A stretch of DNA of 64,000 nucleotides. Origin: Octopus bimaculoides. Lineage: Eukaryota. The stretch lies in the NCBI RefSeq assembly GCF_001194135.2, contig NC_068983.1, positions 1,212,896-1,276,895 of the forward strand. Reading direction: 5' to 3'. Position numbers and translations under genes: made by a program. Position 1 is the stretch's first letter, and each line of letters begins with the position of its first letter. The notes under the pieces are model-generated. The model saw only the letters and a program-made list of their open reading frames with translations, had not been told where the DNA came from and ran no database searches. Shown here piece by piece: positions 12,764-27,800 of this stretch.

Positions 12764-13892
12764 NNNNNNNNNNNNNNNNNNNNNNNNNNNNNNNNNNNNN
12801 NNNNNNNNNNNNNNNNNNNNNNNNNNNNNNNNNNNNNNNNNNNNNNNNNNNNNNNNNNNNNNNNNNNNNNNNNNNNNNNNNNNNNNNNNNNNNNNNNNNN
12901 NNNNNNNNNNNNNNNNNNNNNNNNNNNNNNNNNNNNNNNNNNNNNNNNNNNNNNNNNNNNNNNNNNNNNNNNNNNNNNNNNNNNNNNNNNNNNNNNNNNN
13001 NNNNNNNNNNNNNNNNNNNNNNNNNNNNNNNNNNNNNNNNNNNNNNNNNNNNNNNNNNNNNNNNNNNNNNNNNNNNNNNNNNNNNNNNNNNNNNNNNNNN
13101 NNNNNNNNNNNNNNNNNNNNNNNNNNNNNNNNNNNNNNNNNNNNNNNNNNNNNNNNNNNNNNNNNNNNNNNNNNNNNNNNNNNNNNNNNNNNNNNNNNNN
13201 NNNNNNNNNNNNNNNNNNNNNNNNNNNNNNNNNNNNNNNNNNNNNNNNNNNNNNNNNNNNNNNNNNNNNNNNNNNNNNNNNNNNNNNNNNNNNNNNNNNN
13301 NNNNNNNNNNNNNNNNNNNNNNNNNNNNNNNNNNNNNNNNNNNNNNNNNNNNNNNNNNNNNNNNNNNNNNNNNNNNNNNNNNNNNNNNNNNNNNNNNNNN
13401 NNNNNNNNNNNNNNNNNNNNNNNNNNNNNNNNNNNNNNNNNNNNNNNNNNNNNNNNTATATAAATATATATATACATGTGTATATATATATATGTATATA
13501 TATATATATACATACATACATACATACACACAAATACATGTGTATGTGTATGTATATGTATATACCCACATACACACACACACACAGACAGGTATATGTA
13601 TGTGTAAATTGTTTGAAGTGGTGTACACGTTTTATATATTGAGTGAAAGGAGGCAGTTACGATTTACATTCTCCATTTCTATGCATATTTCAAGATGTTT
13701 ATTGCTCTTTCATTGGTAGCAATGAGCAATAACACTTGAAATACAGATATAAATAAACAATCCAAATCTTGTCTACCTCCTTTTTCTTAATATAACCTAA
13801 AGGTTACGGTGTTATACTCATGATCAGCAGATAGTGGGTTCGATTCCCAGATCGAGCGGCGTGCATTCAGTATGACTGGGTGACCCTGCGAC

Positions 13893-13939
<47 letters not shown>

Positions 13940-13980
13940 CGACAGGTTTCTTTCAGTTTCCATCTACCNNNNNNNNNNTA

Positions 13981-14878
13981 TCATTAAAAATACAGATTAA
14001 ATACAGGACATCACCAGCGAGTGAAAAATACGTAAGAATAGGACAAAATACCAAAAGAAGTTTAACTCCTCCTCAGTTGTCGACTGTTTATTACTACTAG
14101 TTTCGAGCTTTCAATGACAAGACAAGAAAACATCATAAGACAGAAGCTTCCAGAAATGTTTAAAATATGAAATTTATGGAGAGTTAGGGCTTCGAACGAA
14201 CAAACGATACCAGAGTGGACATACAGAGTTAGCAATCAACGCAGACAGACATTAAGGGCCGTAAGGCCAAGACGAATTGTAATGGGTAACGCCTGGGAGA
14301 AATTTTGAAAGGATATAAATACAAGAGAAGAGAAAAATATCAAGACGCGAGAGAAATGATGTCAAGCTGTCTGGATATCCCATCCAAAAAGAAAAATGGC
14401 TTTTAATCACGTGTGACCAACAGGCAGGGTGGGGAGGACAAGAGAGGGGAGGAGGGAAAGAAGCGTAGGGAGTGAAGAGAAGGGAGAAGGAAAAAAGATA
14501 CAACAAAGGAAAAAAGATACAACAAAGGAAAAAAGGGGACAACAAAGACGGAGGGGGAGAAAAAGAAATAAAGAGGATTACAGAGGGATAGAGAGGAAGA
14601 AAGAAAATAAGCAGAGAACCGAGTGTGGCGTCGCAGAAATTATACATAAATGTAAAATCTTACAAAAGTTGTGTGGCGTTCAATTTTAAATAATAAAAAA
14701 TAAACATTAGACATCACAAACGAGAGAAAGATACGAAAATACACGACAGATAAGTAGAGGAGAAATACAAAAAAAAAAGGATACACATTAAGTACAGGAT
14801 ATCACCAACGAATGAAAAGTACTGTTGACATATTTTTCACTCGTTGGTGATGTCCTATACTTCATGTGTATTTTTAAT
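13981..14878. mobile_element. Penelope-like remnant with repeated, inverted terminal arms
   Basis: The arm ACAGGACATCACCA(G/A)CGAGTGAAAA appears at about 14004, about 14794 and inverted at about 14834-14860; the interior resembles a degraded GIY-YIG tail (KYKRREKYQDAREM). Confidence 0.4.
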
Positions 14879-15231
14879 TATTTATAATTGAACGCCACGC
14901 AACCTTTGTCAACAGTATATATGTATATATANNNNNNNNNNNNNNNNNNNNNNNNNNNNNNNNNNNNNNNNNNNNNNNNNNNNNNNNNNNNNNNNNNNNN
15001 NNNNNNNNNNNNNNNNNNNNNNNNNNNNNNNNNNNNNNNNNNNNNNNNNNNNNNNNNNNNNNNNNNNNNNNNNNNNNNNNNNNNNNNNNNNNNNNNNNNN
15101 NNNNNNNNNNNNNNNNNNNNNNNNNNNNNNNNNNNNNNNNNNNNNNNNNNNNNNNNNNNNNNNNNNNNNNNNNNNNNNNNNNNNNNNNNNNNNNNNNNNT
15201 ATATATATATACACATATACATATATATAAT

Positions 15232-15237
15232 TTTATT
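15232..15237 (-). terminator. Candidate polyadenylation signal AATAAA for copy A
   Basis: AATAAA on the minus strand about 35 nt after the stop codon; AT-rich context makes a chance occurrence possible. Confidence 0.45.
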
Positions 15238-15271
15238 CACATATCTAATTTAGTTGTTAAAAAACATAGCA

Positions 15272-15478
15272 TCAGTCATGGACATTTGGAGTAAGTAACA
15301 CTGCATTAGCCAGTTTGCAAATAAGGTTACAGCAATGCTGTATATCTTCAGGTTTCGTGTGAGATGTGTTGATAACGAATCGAAGGAAAAGAATATCATC
15401 AATTTTGAAAGACAGCATATAAAGTTCTCCGCTGCATTCTATTAATTTGAGTAACTTTTTGTTGCATTCATTGCTTCC
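15272..15478 (-). CDS. DDC: Copy A terminal exon 12 ([10 protein letters not shown]...FLRFVINT...LLTPNVHD-stop)
   Basis: Acceptor TTTAACAG; TGA at 15272-15274; LRF motif (Arg447 equivalent). Confidence 0.93.
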   Translation of the reverse strand, partial: GSNECNKKLLKLIECSGELYMLSFKIDDILFLRFVINTSHTKPEDIQHCCNLICKLANAVLLTPNVHD

Positions 15479-18400
15479 CTGTTAAATAATAAATACAGCA
15501 GTAATTAGTAGACGTCGATAAATAAATAAAAACTAATTGTTAATACAAAGAAATAGTAATCATTGTTTGCAGTAGGACAATGTCGTATATTTGAGTAAGT
15601 ACCGACTCGTGGGTAATAGGGTCAGTTACCTGTCTTCCATGGTTCCATTATAAGTCACCATAATCACAGCGTTCTCATAGAATAAGACTCCTGTTTGTTG
15701 TAGGGTTCCTCGTTTACATTGAAAGAAATGAAGCAGCGTAAAGTGAAGTGATTTTTCTCAATAACACAATGCAAAATGTGGTCCTGGAATAGAAACCGTG
15801 ACCTTGTGATCGTGGGTATATCATTCTAACACTTTTAATGTTTTTCTGTCTCTCTAATGCTTCTGCACGCGCAGACCGTAGACAGCATCTCATCTTATCC
15901 ATCATGATGATAATAATGAACCTGAATCCGGATATAAACACTTGGGAATACTTCAGGTAGATGGAATTAAACACAACAATACGAAAGAAAAGACAAAGCA
16001 AGAGTACTTGCGGCGACTGAGAAAAATATTGATTTCAAAGTTGAATACCTGAAACATAATTTCGGCAATAAACTAGCGAGCATTCGCAGTAGATCGGTAT
16101 GGTGCTGGATCTCTGAAGTGGACAAAGGAGGAGCTAGTGGATTTGGACAGGGAGACAAGAAAGCTCTTGACGATATATAGAGACCGTCCTCCGTGTGCAG
16201 ACACTAATCGCTTAAACATGAAGAGAGCAAATAGAGAAAGGGGACTGATAAGTGTAGAAGACTGCGTAGAGATCGAACTCGGGAGTTTACTGAGATACCT
16301 ATTCCCAGTAAGGAAACCTTGCTAGTGTCACCTAGGAATGAGAAAGTACTGAAAGTAGAGAAAAGGAGGGGGAAAACTAGTCAGGAAGCACAAACTGGAC
16401 GTGAAGAAGCATTCCACAAGTGAGTACACAATCGATTCCATATAGCCACAAGTGAAATTCCTGGAAAACATACGAGGAACTAGATGAAGAAGGGATCACT
16501 GAGACAAAGAGTCTGAGAGCATGATACTAGCAACACAAGACCGAGCTGGGTCTTGGAGGGTCAACTTTAGGAATATGCATGTGTTTCCACTGTGCCGCAT
16601 CTGTAACAGAGTGGACGAAACCATTGCCCATATCGCGAACGATCCTTGACTTGCCCAAAACCATTGCAAGTTGCGGTGACACCATCAGGTAGCGGAAGTA
16701 CCACATTGGAAACTATGTGAAAATTGGTGTCTGGAGAGAGACAAGGCGTGGTATCAGCACAAAACACCGAGGTTGGCGGAGTCGGAGACCTGTAAAATTC
16801 TGTGGGATTTCCCAATTCAAATAAATTAGGTGCTTGAACATAACAGACTAGGGCTAGTTGTGGTGGAAAAATTACATCACATGTGCTGTATAGTTGATGC
16901 TGCGTGTCCCTTTGACCCACAAATAGTCAAGAAAGAAGGCAAAAAAATAGATATATGCAAGCACATATGCACCCATATTTCTACAAATCCTCTATACTTA
17001 TGCACGTTGCTGTTTCTCGGTTTCTCGCTTATACATCAATAATAAACAAAGTTTATACAACCTGCACACGGACGCGTACATGAAAAATACCGAACGCACG
17101 TTATTTAAATGTCATTAATCAAAGAGGCAGAGACCCTAATTCCTCTGAACTAGAAAGGAATAACTATGATAAGTTTTCGATGAAAAAGCTATAAAGAATA
17201 AAGGAGAAAGTAATGATATTGAATTTGATCCACTGAGCCTCGGGCAGTTACTATACGAAAGAAACTTCAACACACGTCCAGAGGCGGTGTTTTTTCAAAA
17301 CTTTAATGCTGTATAAACTATAAACCATCTCTTAATGTCACTACACGAACGAATAGTAAAAACCAGAAAAGAGCGATGGACAGATAATGACTACAATGGA
17401 GTGATATACGCACACTACGATGCAAAGCGTACAAGGATAAACTCACTCAGTAAATACACAGTAAAATAAAATAAAACAAAATAAAGCACGTGTGCTGAAG
17501 TTTCTTTCGTTTAGCAACTGTCCGAAGCTCAGTGGACGGAATTCACAACCATTACTTTATCCTTTATTCTTTATAAATTTTTCATCGAAAACTGATCATA
17601 GTTATTTCTTTCAAGTTCAGAGGAATTAGGCTCTTCGCTTCTTTGGTTAAAGACTCTTCAGCAAAGGTATAAGTATGGAATTTAACATAGATAACTGTGC
17701 AATATTAATCATGAAAAAGTGACAGGTAGTCAACAGTGAAAGCATCCAGTTATCAGATGACCAGACAGTAAAATCATTGAAAGAAGGATAGAGATATAAG
17801 CAACTAAGAGTATTAGAAGCTGACTGTGTACTAACTATAGAAATGGAAATGAAAAATGAGAAGGAGTACATCAGAAGGGTAAGGGAGCTAAGCAAGTCAA
17901 AAGCTAAATGGTCCGAATAATTGCACATTGTCGTTGCTTAGATACTCAGCAGCTTTTGTAGACTGGACAAAATCTCTTTTAACACGTCGATACAGAAGAA
18001 CTAGGAAGGAATTCGATATGAATAGATGACTTCACCCAATAACAGGAGCAGCAAAATTATATTTACCTAGAAATGAAGGCAGAAGATGGTAAATATCAGC
18101 AGAAGACTGTGTGGAGTTAGTTAGAATAGATATAGCCACCTATGTAGGTAATAGTGAAGAAAGTCTATTAAGATCTGCTAGATTAACGGTAGGACATAGG
18201 AAAACCAAAAGGCCAAATGAAGTTAAAAACCAGACAATGATAGAGAAACTAAGGCCAATAGGCCGGATATAGTCGTCAGAGATCACTAAAAAAAAACAAA
18301 AAAATGTTTTCTAATCGATGTATCAATACCAACAGATGACAATGTTTCTCTAAAACAAATGGAGAAACTTTCAAAATACAAAGATCTTGAAATAGAGACA

Positions 18401-21400
18401 ATTCGAGTTTGGAGCCCAAAAAACAGAAATAATTCGAGTTTGGAGCCCCAAAAAACAGAAATAATTCGAGTTTGGAGCAAAAAGAAAACAGAAATAATTC
18501 GAGTTTGGAGCCCAAAAAAAAACAGAAATAATCCGAGTTTGGAGCCAAAAAAAAAAAACAGAAATAATTCGAGTTTGGAGCCCAAAAGAACAGAAATGAT
18601 TCGAGTTTGGAGCCCAAAAACAGAAATAATTCGAGTTTGGAGCCAAAAAAAAAACAGAAATAATTCGAGTTTGGAGCCCAAAAGAACAGAAATAATTCCT
18701 ATCAGAGCAGACGCATTAGTTATGATAATGAAATATATATAACATACAGAAGCAGATAGAAGAGACAGGCTATAAGTACGTGAGGATTTTGGAAATGGAT
18801 AAATCGATGGAGAAAGAAATGGCAGAAAAATTTAAGGTGGGATACTTGCACAGACTGAGACTTGTCCTTAAGTCGAAGTTAAACGAACGGAATAAGATCG
18901 AAGCTATCAACACCTGAGCGGTTTCACTCCTTAGATATGGAGCAGGGGTAATCGCATGGACAGTTGACGAACTAAGCAGTTTAAACAGAAAGACAAGGAA
19001 GCTGCTAACTGGATATGGGTCACTCCACCCAAAACGTGACACAGACAGACTGTGTGTACCAAGAAAAAGTGGCGGAAGAGGACTTATTTGAGAAAAAAAG
19101 AACGAAACTGTAAACGCATGAATGATTTACCTTTAGGCGAAAACATATGACTGTCATTAGATTGTCACCAATGAGTTCAAATCTTTCATCCTTTTCTATC
19201 AAATTCTTAAATATGTGAGCCAATTTTATATCCTGAGAAGAACAAATATAAAAGGAAATTATTTAATGAGAGAAAACAACAATATTCAAAAACACGTCCT
19301 TCATGATAGCGTAGTAAGTGTTTATAATTGTGAATGAATTGTATGTTTCTATATGATTGTGAAGACATTATTGCAATAACAGTTGAATAGCTAGGGGCAG
19401 CATATAAACTTTCATATACTGAATAATCTCAGTGTTATATGGTTAATAAATGTAGACAATATCTATTTACATATCTGTGCATCTTGATTAATGCTAAGCA
19501 CATTTCTTTTAACCGACATGTTCCCTTAAACTAGCGTTTTAGTTTAGGACAATTTTTAAGTATGGATTAGTCGGTTGCATTGATGACAAACACGCAAGCA
19601 TATTATGCATTAGTTTTCACTAATTTTATTCTTAGATTTTAATAATTTTACATTATTTATCATTATTTTCCGCACCCTGAGGTCATTCAATTTTCACTGT
19701 AATTATCTGTCCGTTATGAAAATATGACCATCATTTCAGACTTTTTCTTCCCGGACTTTACTTGATTTTCTATTTCCCAACTTTGCTGTTGCTTATCAAA
19801 TCCGAGTTCATATAGAGAAGCTTATAAATACAGTTCCGACATGTTGAGATAAATTTTACTCTAGACTAGAAGTTAGGAAGAGAAATGAAGTTTTGCGATC
19901 AACAGCTGTCCTATTTCAGAGTATTTCATCAATTTGTCACATTGAATTATTAGTTAATGTAAGATGTCATAGCAATAACAAATTTTATAAGCATAGACCA
20001 GATGACTGATGTTATAATGGAGTCAGTAAACATTTTCCCTAGAATAAGATACTATTAACAGAATGATTCGAGTACACAAAACAAAGCTCACTTTTCTGAT
20101 GATTTCCTGAAGTTTGTGCATCCCAAAGAGTCGTAAAACAAACCAGAGTTTCAGAGATCGAAACGAACGTCCACAAGGAATTTGCCAGGACTACAATGTA
20201 CAACGTTTAACAAATCAATAATAATAGAGATTTTTTTAGTATTTGGCTTCAGCAAAGTTACAACATGCAAGCCACACGCGCGCGCGCACTCGTATGAACA
20301 CATTATTACATGTACATAATGGACTCTCGTTGTATTCGACGCTTAAGAGTCAAATAATTTGACTTTCATTTTTACTCCAGATTTTGCTTTTTGTGTCTTC
20401 TGTGAGACACTAAACCTGCTTGTTCTTTGCAAACCAGACGACATCCTTTGCACAGAAAACTGTATTCTTTTGAGTTACGTGCTCAACCCTTGTATCGACA
20501 TGGCTCATGATACCACTTTGAGAGATTTTCCTCCACCTATTACGGCCAACAGCACCTTTCTCGGATCTATTTCAAAACGGGGGCACCAGTTTTCATTTAT
20601 GTTTTATGTAGTGTTTTTGGTACCGAAAGACTTTTAAACTTCGTATACTTATCTATTTTGTGTTATAGAACACAAAAAAATGTTTGTATTCGAATTTATT
20701 TCATGTAAAAAATTGTCTTATTTCGATAATTTCTACTAATCACTGACGTCTATTCAGTTGAAAACAGTTAGCGCTGTAACGGTGTATATCGTATTAATCC
20801 CCTAACCCTAACCTAACCCTAACTAGACTGTTAACCCTAACCCTAAAACTAACCCTAACTCTAGAATCCGAACTCTAAAATTGTTACACACNNNNNNNNN
20901 NNNNNNNNNNNNNNNNNNNNNNNNNNNNNNNNNNNNNNNNNNNNNNNNNNNNNNNNNNNNNNNNNNNNNNNNNNNNNNNNNNNNNNNNNNNNNNNNNNNN
21001 NNNNNNNNNNNNNNNNNNNNNNNNNNNNNNNNNNNNNNNNNNNNNNNNNNNNNNNNNNNNNNNNNNNNNNNNNNNNNNNNNNNNNNNNNNNNNNNNNNNN
21101 NNNNNNNNNNNNNNNNNNNNNNNNNNNNNNNNNNNNNNNNNNNNNNNNNNNNNNNNNNAATACTGGTGCCCCCGTTTTGAAATAGATCCCCTTTCTCAAA
21201 TTCTCATGCTTCAATTCTAATATACTTCGTATATTATTCTTCAACATATTCTTGTATCTAAGAAGGGGTCTTCCTTATATTTCGCACTCCCGTTTGAAGA
21301 TGGCCACAAGTGGGAATTTTGGTAGTTCCCATCAGTCATCCAAGCAAAATGGCCAACCCATCTTAACTGAGACAGTATCAAGAAGGCCATTTTGCTTTGT

Positions 21401-22069
21401 ATGTCACATTTATGAAATAACTGTTCATCAGAGACTCTGTCTTTCCATGTGAAACCACAAATATTTCTAAGACATCATTTGTGGAAAGTATTTAGCTGTT
21501 TGATGGGTTTTCTATTTGGTCTCCACGATTCAGACCCATTCAGCAATGTTGAGATTACAACTGTACAGTAAACTAATATTTTGCTTTTTAAACTCAATCC
21601 TCTCGCATTCCAAACCTTTGCTCGTTGCTTTCCAAAGGCATCACAAGCCTTGGCGATCATATTTACTATTCCACCATCTAAAGAAGCGCTGAAATAGATA
21701 CACAAAATTCATATACGTAGGTGTTACCCATATACGGGCATTTGTGTAAATGAACGCGTATATGCATACATATGTGTGTACATATTCGGGTATCTTTGTA
21801 TGTCCGTGCGTTTGCAGCTGTATTCCATAATTACATACATTATAATAAATAATAGTGGCGCGAGACTGTGATGTATTTTAGGTAAATATTAAGCCACATA
21901 ATTTACAATAACAAACTGCTTCACGCATTTATATGTATATACATAGAATGTACTCACACACACACACGTGTGTGTGTGTGTGTGTGTGTGTATAGTACTT
22001 GAAGTGGTGTACAGGTGGTGTTTGAATGTGTGTATCTACAAACATGTTAATATACATATATAAGAGGAG

Positions 22070-22164
<95 letters not shown>

Positions 22165-22522
22165 GAGAAAGAAAGAGAGAGATAGTGAGAGATAATGAGA
22201 AACAGAGAGAGGCTTTCAAAAACTATAACTGAACCAAAAATGACTTCTTGAATTGTAATTAAATTTCAACAAGTTGACAACACCGATAGAATGTAATTGA
22301 AAAGAAACCTCTTTCTCTCTGTCTTTGCCTTTCATTTTTTTCTTCTTCCTCTTTTTCTCGTCTTTTTCATCGTTCTTCCTAAAATTGACATCTTGGAAGG
22401 TCATTTAGCATCAGCCACCTGTTAGTCAACAGAGACGCTTTCTTTCACTTTCTACTCACTACTCCACCCCTCCCTCCCTTCCTTCCTCTTTCTTCTTTCT
22501 CCTCTTCTAAACACACAAAACA

Positions 22523-22554
<32 letters not shown>

Positions 22555-24759
22555 ACACCAACATATTTTTTAATCCTTATGTGTATATTCACAAGCATGT
22601 TAATTTCTCAGCATATAGGCTAGAAAATTTCTTTCTAAGCCCTTATTATAATTATACATTTAATTTCACATAAATTGGTCTTCCTGTTATATGATGGCCA
22701 CTGATAAAATTGATTAAAAAAAAGTTTTATCCTCTATTATATATATGAAATTATAATGAAGGAGAATATTTATATTTATTGCTGTTGTTATTATTGTGCT
22801 TCGTAGTAGGTTGGTTTCCATTCCGGTTGCTTCTTTTATAGAATTTTTATCAGAATTTTTAGTAATCGTAATTCATTTTCTTTTTCTTTTTGTTCTTTGG
22901 TATTTTCTGGTTTATTACATATCAATTTATTTTTTTCTATCTTTATCTCGACTACTATTATATTCATAGACTTTATTATTACCATCAGGGTTAACGTTAT
23001 TTTCTTTATGAACCTCGTTGTCTGGACCTATGTTTTTTGGGTTTTTTTTTTTTACTAAATTTCAATATTTTTTTACATTCTATCTTACTAAGTTATAATA
23101 GTCCTCGTTTTGTGTGAATACTTTTTCATTCGCCAATAGGTTTGAAATACGTGACGAAACACGCTGTTATGCTCTTAATTTATTTTTGTATTTTAAGCTA
23201 GTGTTAGGTTTATGGTACGGTTTATATTTACCTACACTAAAATCTAACTTAATATCGAGGAAGTTAGCGATATTATGTTAATTTTCAATAGATATTGATA
23301 GTCTTATATTTCTAAAGAATTTGAATAGTCTTTGCTTACACTTCTCGATTTCGCTATTAGAGTGGTTGCATACTGTGAATAGTGCACCATCCCTGTGTAG
23401 ACCACCTCCAAGCTCAGAAAATTCCCTACTTATTGTAAACAGTATATATATATATATACTCTTTTACTCTTCTACTTGTTTCAGTCATTTGACTGCGGCC
23501 ATGCTAGAGCACCGCCTTTAGTCGGGCAAATCGACCCCAGCACTTATTCTTTAGAAGCCTAGTACTTATTCTAGTGGTCTCTTTTGCAGAACCGCTAACT
23601 TACGGGGACGTAAACACACCACCAGTGGTTGTCAAGCGATGTTGGTGGAACAAACACAGACACACAAACATATACACACACATACATATATATGCATATA
23701 TACGACGGGCTTCGTTCAGTTTCCGTGTACCAAATCTACTCACAAGGCTTTAGTCAGCCCGAGGGTATAGTAGAAGACACTTGCCCAAGGTGCCACGCAG
23801 TGGGAATGAACCCGGAACCATGTAGTTGGTGGGCAAGCTACTTACCACATAGCCACTCGGTGACTTGTGCAAAGTCCGTTGATCCCATACTTATATCAAA
23901 GCACTCATTAGTGTCCTTCCATTCCCAGTACTTATTCTCAAATTTTTGTAATTGACTTTCTTGCTGCTAAATTACCTTTATTTCTTCCATGGATAGTGCA
24001 GAATTTTTCCTAGCAAATAAAAGAGCTTTATTGAGAAGGACTGGTTTTATAGATGAACAGTAGCTATTTACGTCGATTTGTATAAATCTTTTTTGTATGT
24101 TTACTATCTATTTTATTAAAAACCAGTTGATTACGTTATTTGAGCAAGAGCAAAGTGTTGGCTTGATTATATTTCTAAGGAAGGGTATATACTTCTCCAT
24201 AATCATTTTACTAATCTTACCTAAGTTTAATTTTGATGGACATATAACCCTTTCAGTAGGATTAGTTCTAAAATTAGGTTTGCGTTCCTTAATGTTAATT
24301 CTTCGCATTCTGGGCTTATAAGGTTCTGTTTTGTCTGCTATCTCATCTTCTTCCATTATGCCTTTGGCTATTAAGTTTATTTTTCTTAGGTTGTTGCTGT
24401 TTGTTACTTTATAGTTCTTAGTTATTTCATTCTTAAGAAGTGCATGAAGTAAGAAATGCTTAAATTATATAGGTTACCCGTTTTATCTGCATACACCAGT
24501 CCTCCATTCTTATTCCTTAGTTCTTTGGTAATTACATGTTATTTCCTTAAATGTTCATTTCTACATACAGGGAATTTCTTAAATTAAATATTCTTGACTA
24601 TACATCGCAGTCCATCTCCAAATGCTGTCCATTACTGGTTTTGTGGTGGATATTTCCTCGTTTTATAAATCCTCTGTATCTGTGGAGTTTCTTCACTGAT
24701 GCGATAATTGAAGTTTTCATTCTTCGTATCATAGAAGTAGCTTTCCACCTCCATATATG

Positions 24760-24821
<62 letters not shown>

Positions 24822-27800
24822 TATTGTTTGTCAATTTCTATGGCAGTTTACCGCTTCTGCAACTCATCAAATTTTGAGGTAGTGGTATGTGAGAACTATG
24901 GAGCGTAATTTCAAATTGTGCTACTTTATAAGTGTAGTTACAGGATTTCTGGTATTGCTACCCATTAATATTAACCTCATTCAGAGGTTATTCAAAATAG
25001 CCAGTGCAAAGATAGAAGGCAAAGATAGAATTACGGAAAGGAAATGTAAGATTATCTTACCGTATAATTAGGCATATCTAGGTTCTCTGTACATTGCAAA
25101 TATAAAGGAGACAAATCAAAAGCTCTTATAAGTGTAGAGCTATGTTTAAACCTAAAACAAAAATCAGTAAATTACATTCTATTCAATGCAGGAAATATTC
25201 TATCTCTCGTTTGTTTAATACTTCCGAATATAATTGCTATTCATACACTGTTTCATATCTTACACTTTTTCGATTTCTTACACGCTTTTGGATGTAATGT
25301 GGTAAAGAGCGCAGCAAAGATGTCTAGAATCTGCAAGACTATCGAACTGGAATTGTTCCCCGTAGCTTGGGTCACAGCAGAAAATTATTCTCCCAGTAAC
25401 CTCATTGCGGTAGTCCGGAAAAGCAACGTAATTAACAAAACCATGGCGCAAATAGAACAGAACAAGATTGAATTTGTCTGCTCCTATGCACTCATTAGGC
25501 AACACTTTGACAGAAGCGAAACCATTTTTAAAACTGATGAATTTCCATGTGAAACACCTGACACAGAGAAGAAGTGCCAATTCTGGCATCCCACGGGGAA
25601 AACCCAATAAGGAAGGCAACAACAACAACATGACAACTATCGACAAAGAAATTCATATGCATAGAGATGCAAATATTGAATAAGAAAAGGAAAAGAAACC
25701 TCCCGAGAGAAGAAGCCCCAACACCACCTCTCAAAGTAGTAGAAAAGGAAAAGTAACCAGCTGAAAGACTGATGAAACCGAGTTCAAAGATAAGAAGAAA
25801 ACTGCGGGAAGACGAGCAAAAGAAAGAATAAAGTTGTAGGTGAATGACATCCCATCTGTAAATGCAATGTAAAAGGTGTCAGCTGGCATGGAGAGATGGG
25901 GACAAACTACTGCTTTGCGCATCCAAGGCTCAGGTAGAATGGAACCCACAGTAAAACACACTCTCCATTCAGCTAAGAAGACGGAATAAAATCACGCCAA
26001 GCGTGATTCATATCCGAAGAGACACAGCTGCAAAGAATACCACAAAATCTGTCTGCAGATGCAGTGTGAGCTGCAATATTACAGCAACAAGTCGTTCCAA
26101 GTTTATCAGAAAAGATTGCACAACAGCTGGCAAGGCCACACACAAAACGAAGCCATGCACAGCCAAACACAAGACCGTCGCAAATAATAATTACTTGTAG
26201 GCACGCAGTATTTCATCATGTAACCATAACATAATATAAATTATATTAACGTTTTTTAAAGTCAATGCCGCGTTCTACTGCGTTAGCCGTGCGCTTTTTC
26301 ATTTCTTGTTAACGTTATCTCTACAGTTATTCTAGAGAAACTCAAGCCAGCACTGATGTTTTTTACTATGTTTCGTATCGAGACGTCAGCTGTAAACAAA
26401 CAATGAGATCGAAAATGAAAAAAGGGTAATGGGAGCATATGACATATTTCGTGGGGTTATTGCCCCCTTCATAAGCCCCTATTCAACCTTTTAATCATCC
26501 TCGAACACATTGCTTAAATAGCCACTATATATAGCGATGGATAGTTGCTGGATTTACCAGTTTTACATATTAAACGCATTCCTGGAAGCTGGTACCTAAA
26601 TACTAATGACTTTTTCATCTTCGATCTCATTATTTGTTCACATCTGACATTTCGGATACGAAACGTCATAACGAAAATCAATGCTGGCTGGAGATTTTAT
26701 AGAATATCTGTAGAGATAACCTTATCAAGTAATGTAAAACGCACTGCTAACACAGTAGAATACGGTATTGACTTATAAAAACGTTTAATATACGTTATAG
26801 TATGGTTGCATAACGAAATACCACGTGCCTACAAGCCATTAATATTTACGTTCCAGAAATACTAACAAAACTAGATCAATGCATAAATGTGTTTCTCATG
26901 GGTGATCTGCACCTTTCCAACTGCAAATGGAAGGAAGGCATCATAATGTCAGGAATGACAAACAAAAAGCGCAGCCAAGCAGATCCTCTGCTTCATATCA
27001 CGGAAATGATGTTCCCTATCCAGTTTGAACTTTGCAAGTTCAAACTTTTTGCAAGTCAATAGTTTGAACTTTTTGGAAGTCAGTTGAAACACAGATACTC
27101 CAACAACATTTGCAAAAACGTCTCTCTATGCAAGACATGAACATGAAGCTTAAAGAATTCATGACAATTACATCATATGCGTTAAATTCGTCCCAGAGAA
27201 GAGATCCAACACATAGATAAACATCATTCCCCGAGACAAGAGTCCTTATGATAAGGGGGACAAAGATCTCTAATAACTGAAATAAAGAACTTTATATCAG
27301 CTCAAGCAGAACGGAACCCAGGGCAAAAACTACTTTCCACTCAGCCAGCAAGATAGAATAAAATAACACCCAGAGATTCATATCCTAGCACACATCTTGT
27401 AGAGATCGAAAATAAACTCAGATACTCCTATCAAAAAGATAGAGAGGAAAGAGAAACCCGTGTGGTGGAAAATATAGAAATGAATCCTAAAGCCTTCTAC
27501 AAGAAAGAATCTGTCTCAGTGCTCTACATGATAGGGTCACTGTTTGAAGAGAACGGCCCACTAACTGCAGACCCCAGGAGGAAAAGTGAGGTGCTAAATA
27601 AAAAATTCCAAAGTATCTTGATCTCTACACTGGGGAAATATGCAAATAAGCAAGGTCTGATAGATTTTCAACGTTGCAGATCCACACGGAAAGAGGGGCA
27701 ACCATCGATTACATCGACATAAATAGGGAATATGCAATATTGGCCATTGATGAGGTAAGCTCGAACTCATCAACCGACCCAGATAGATATCCGGCTGTTC

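Noticed and set aside
18400-18700. CRISPR-like appearance of constant repeats with variable spacers
   Set aside because: Spacers are only A-tracts, the unit derives from LINE coding sequence, the context is eukaryotic, and there are no cas genes.
20799-20860. Interstitial telomere or chromosome-fusion scar
   Set aside because: Only a few degenerate CCCTAA units, enclosed by the TIRs of a MITE.
25061-25151. Apparent intron loss (one 91 nt exon where human DDC has 77+20 nt exons)
   Set aside because: From memory, human HDC also has a single exon of about 91 nt here, so the unsplit state is probably ancestral rather than a novel loss. An exon-structure comparison would be needed to claim otherwise.
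26555-26600. RNAFNM peptide on the minus strand resembling the DDC AFNVDP loop
   Set aside because: Followed immediately by a stop and lies inside a MITE; the real loop exon is at 25061-25151.
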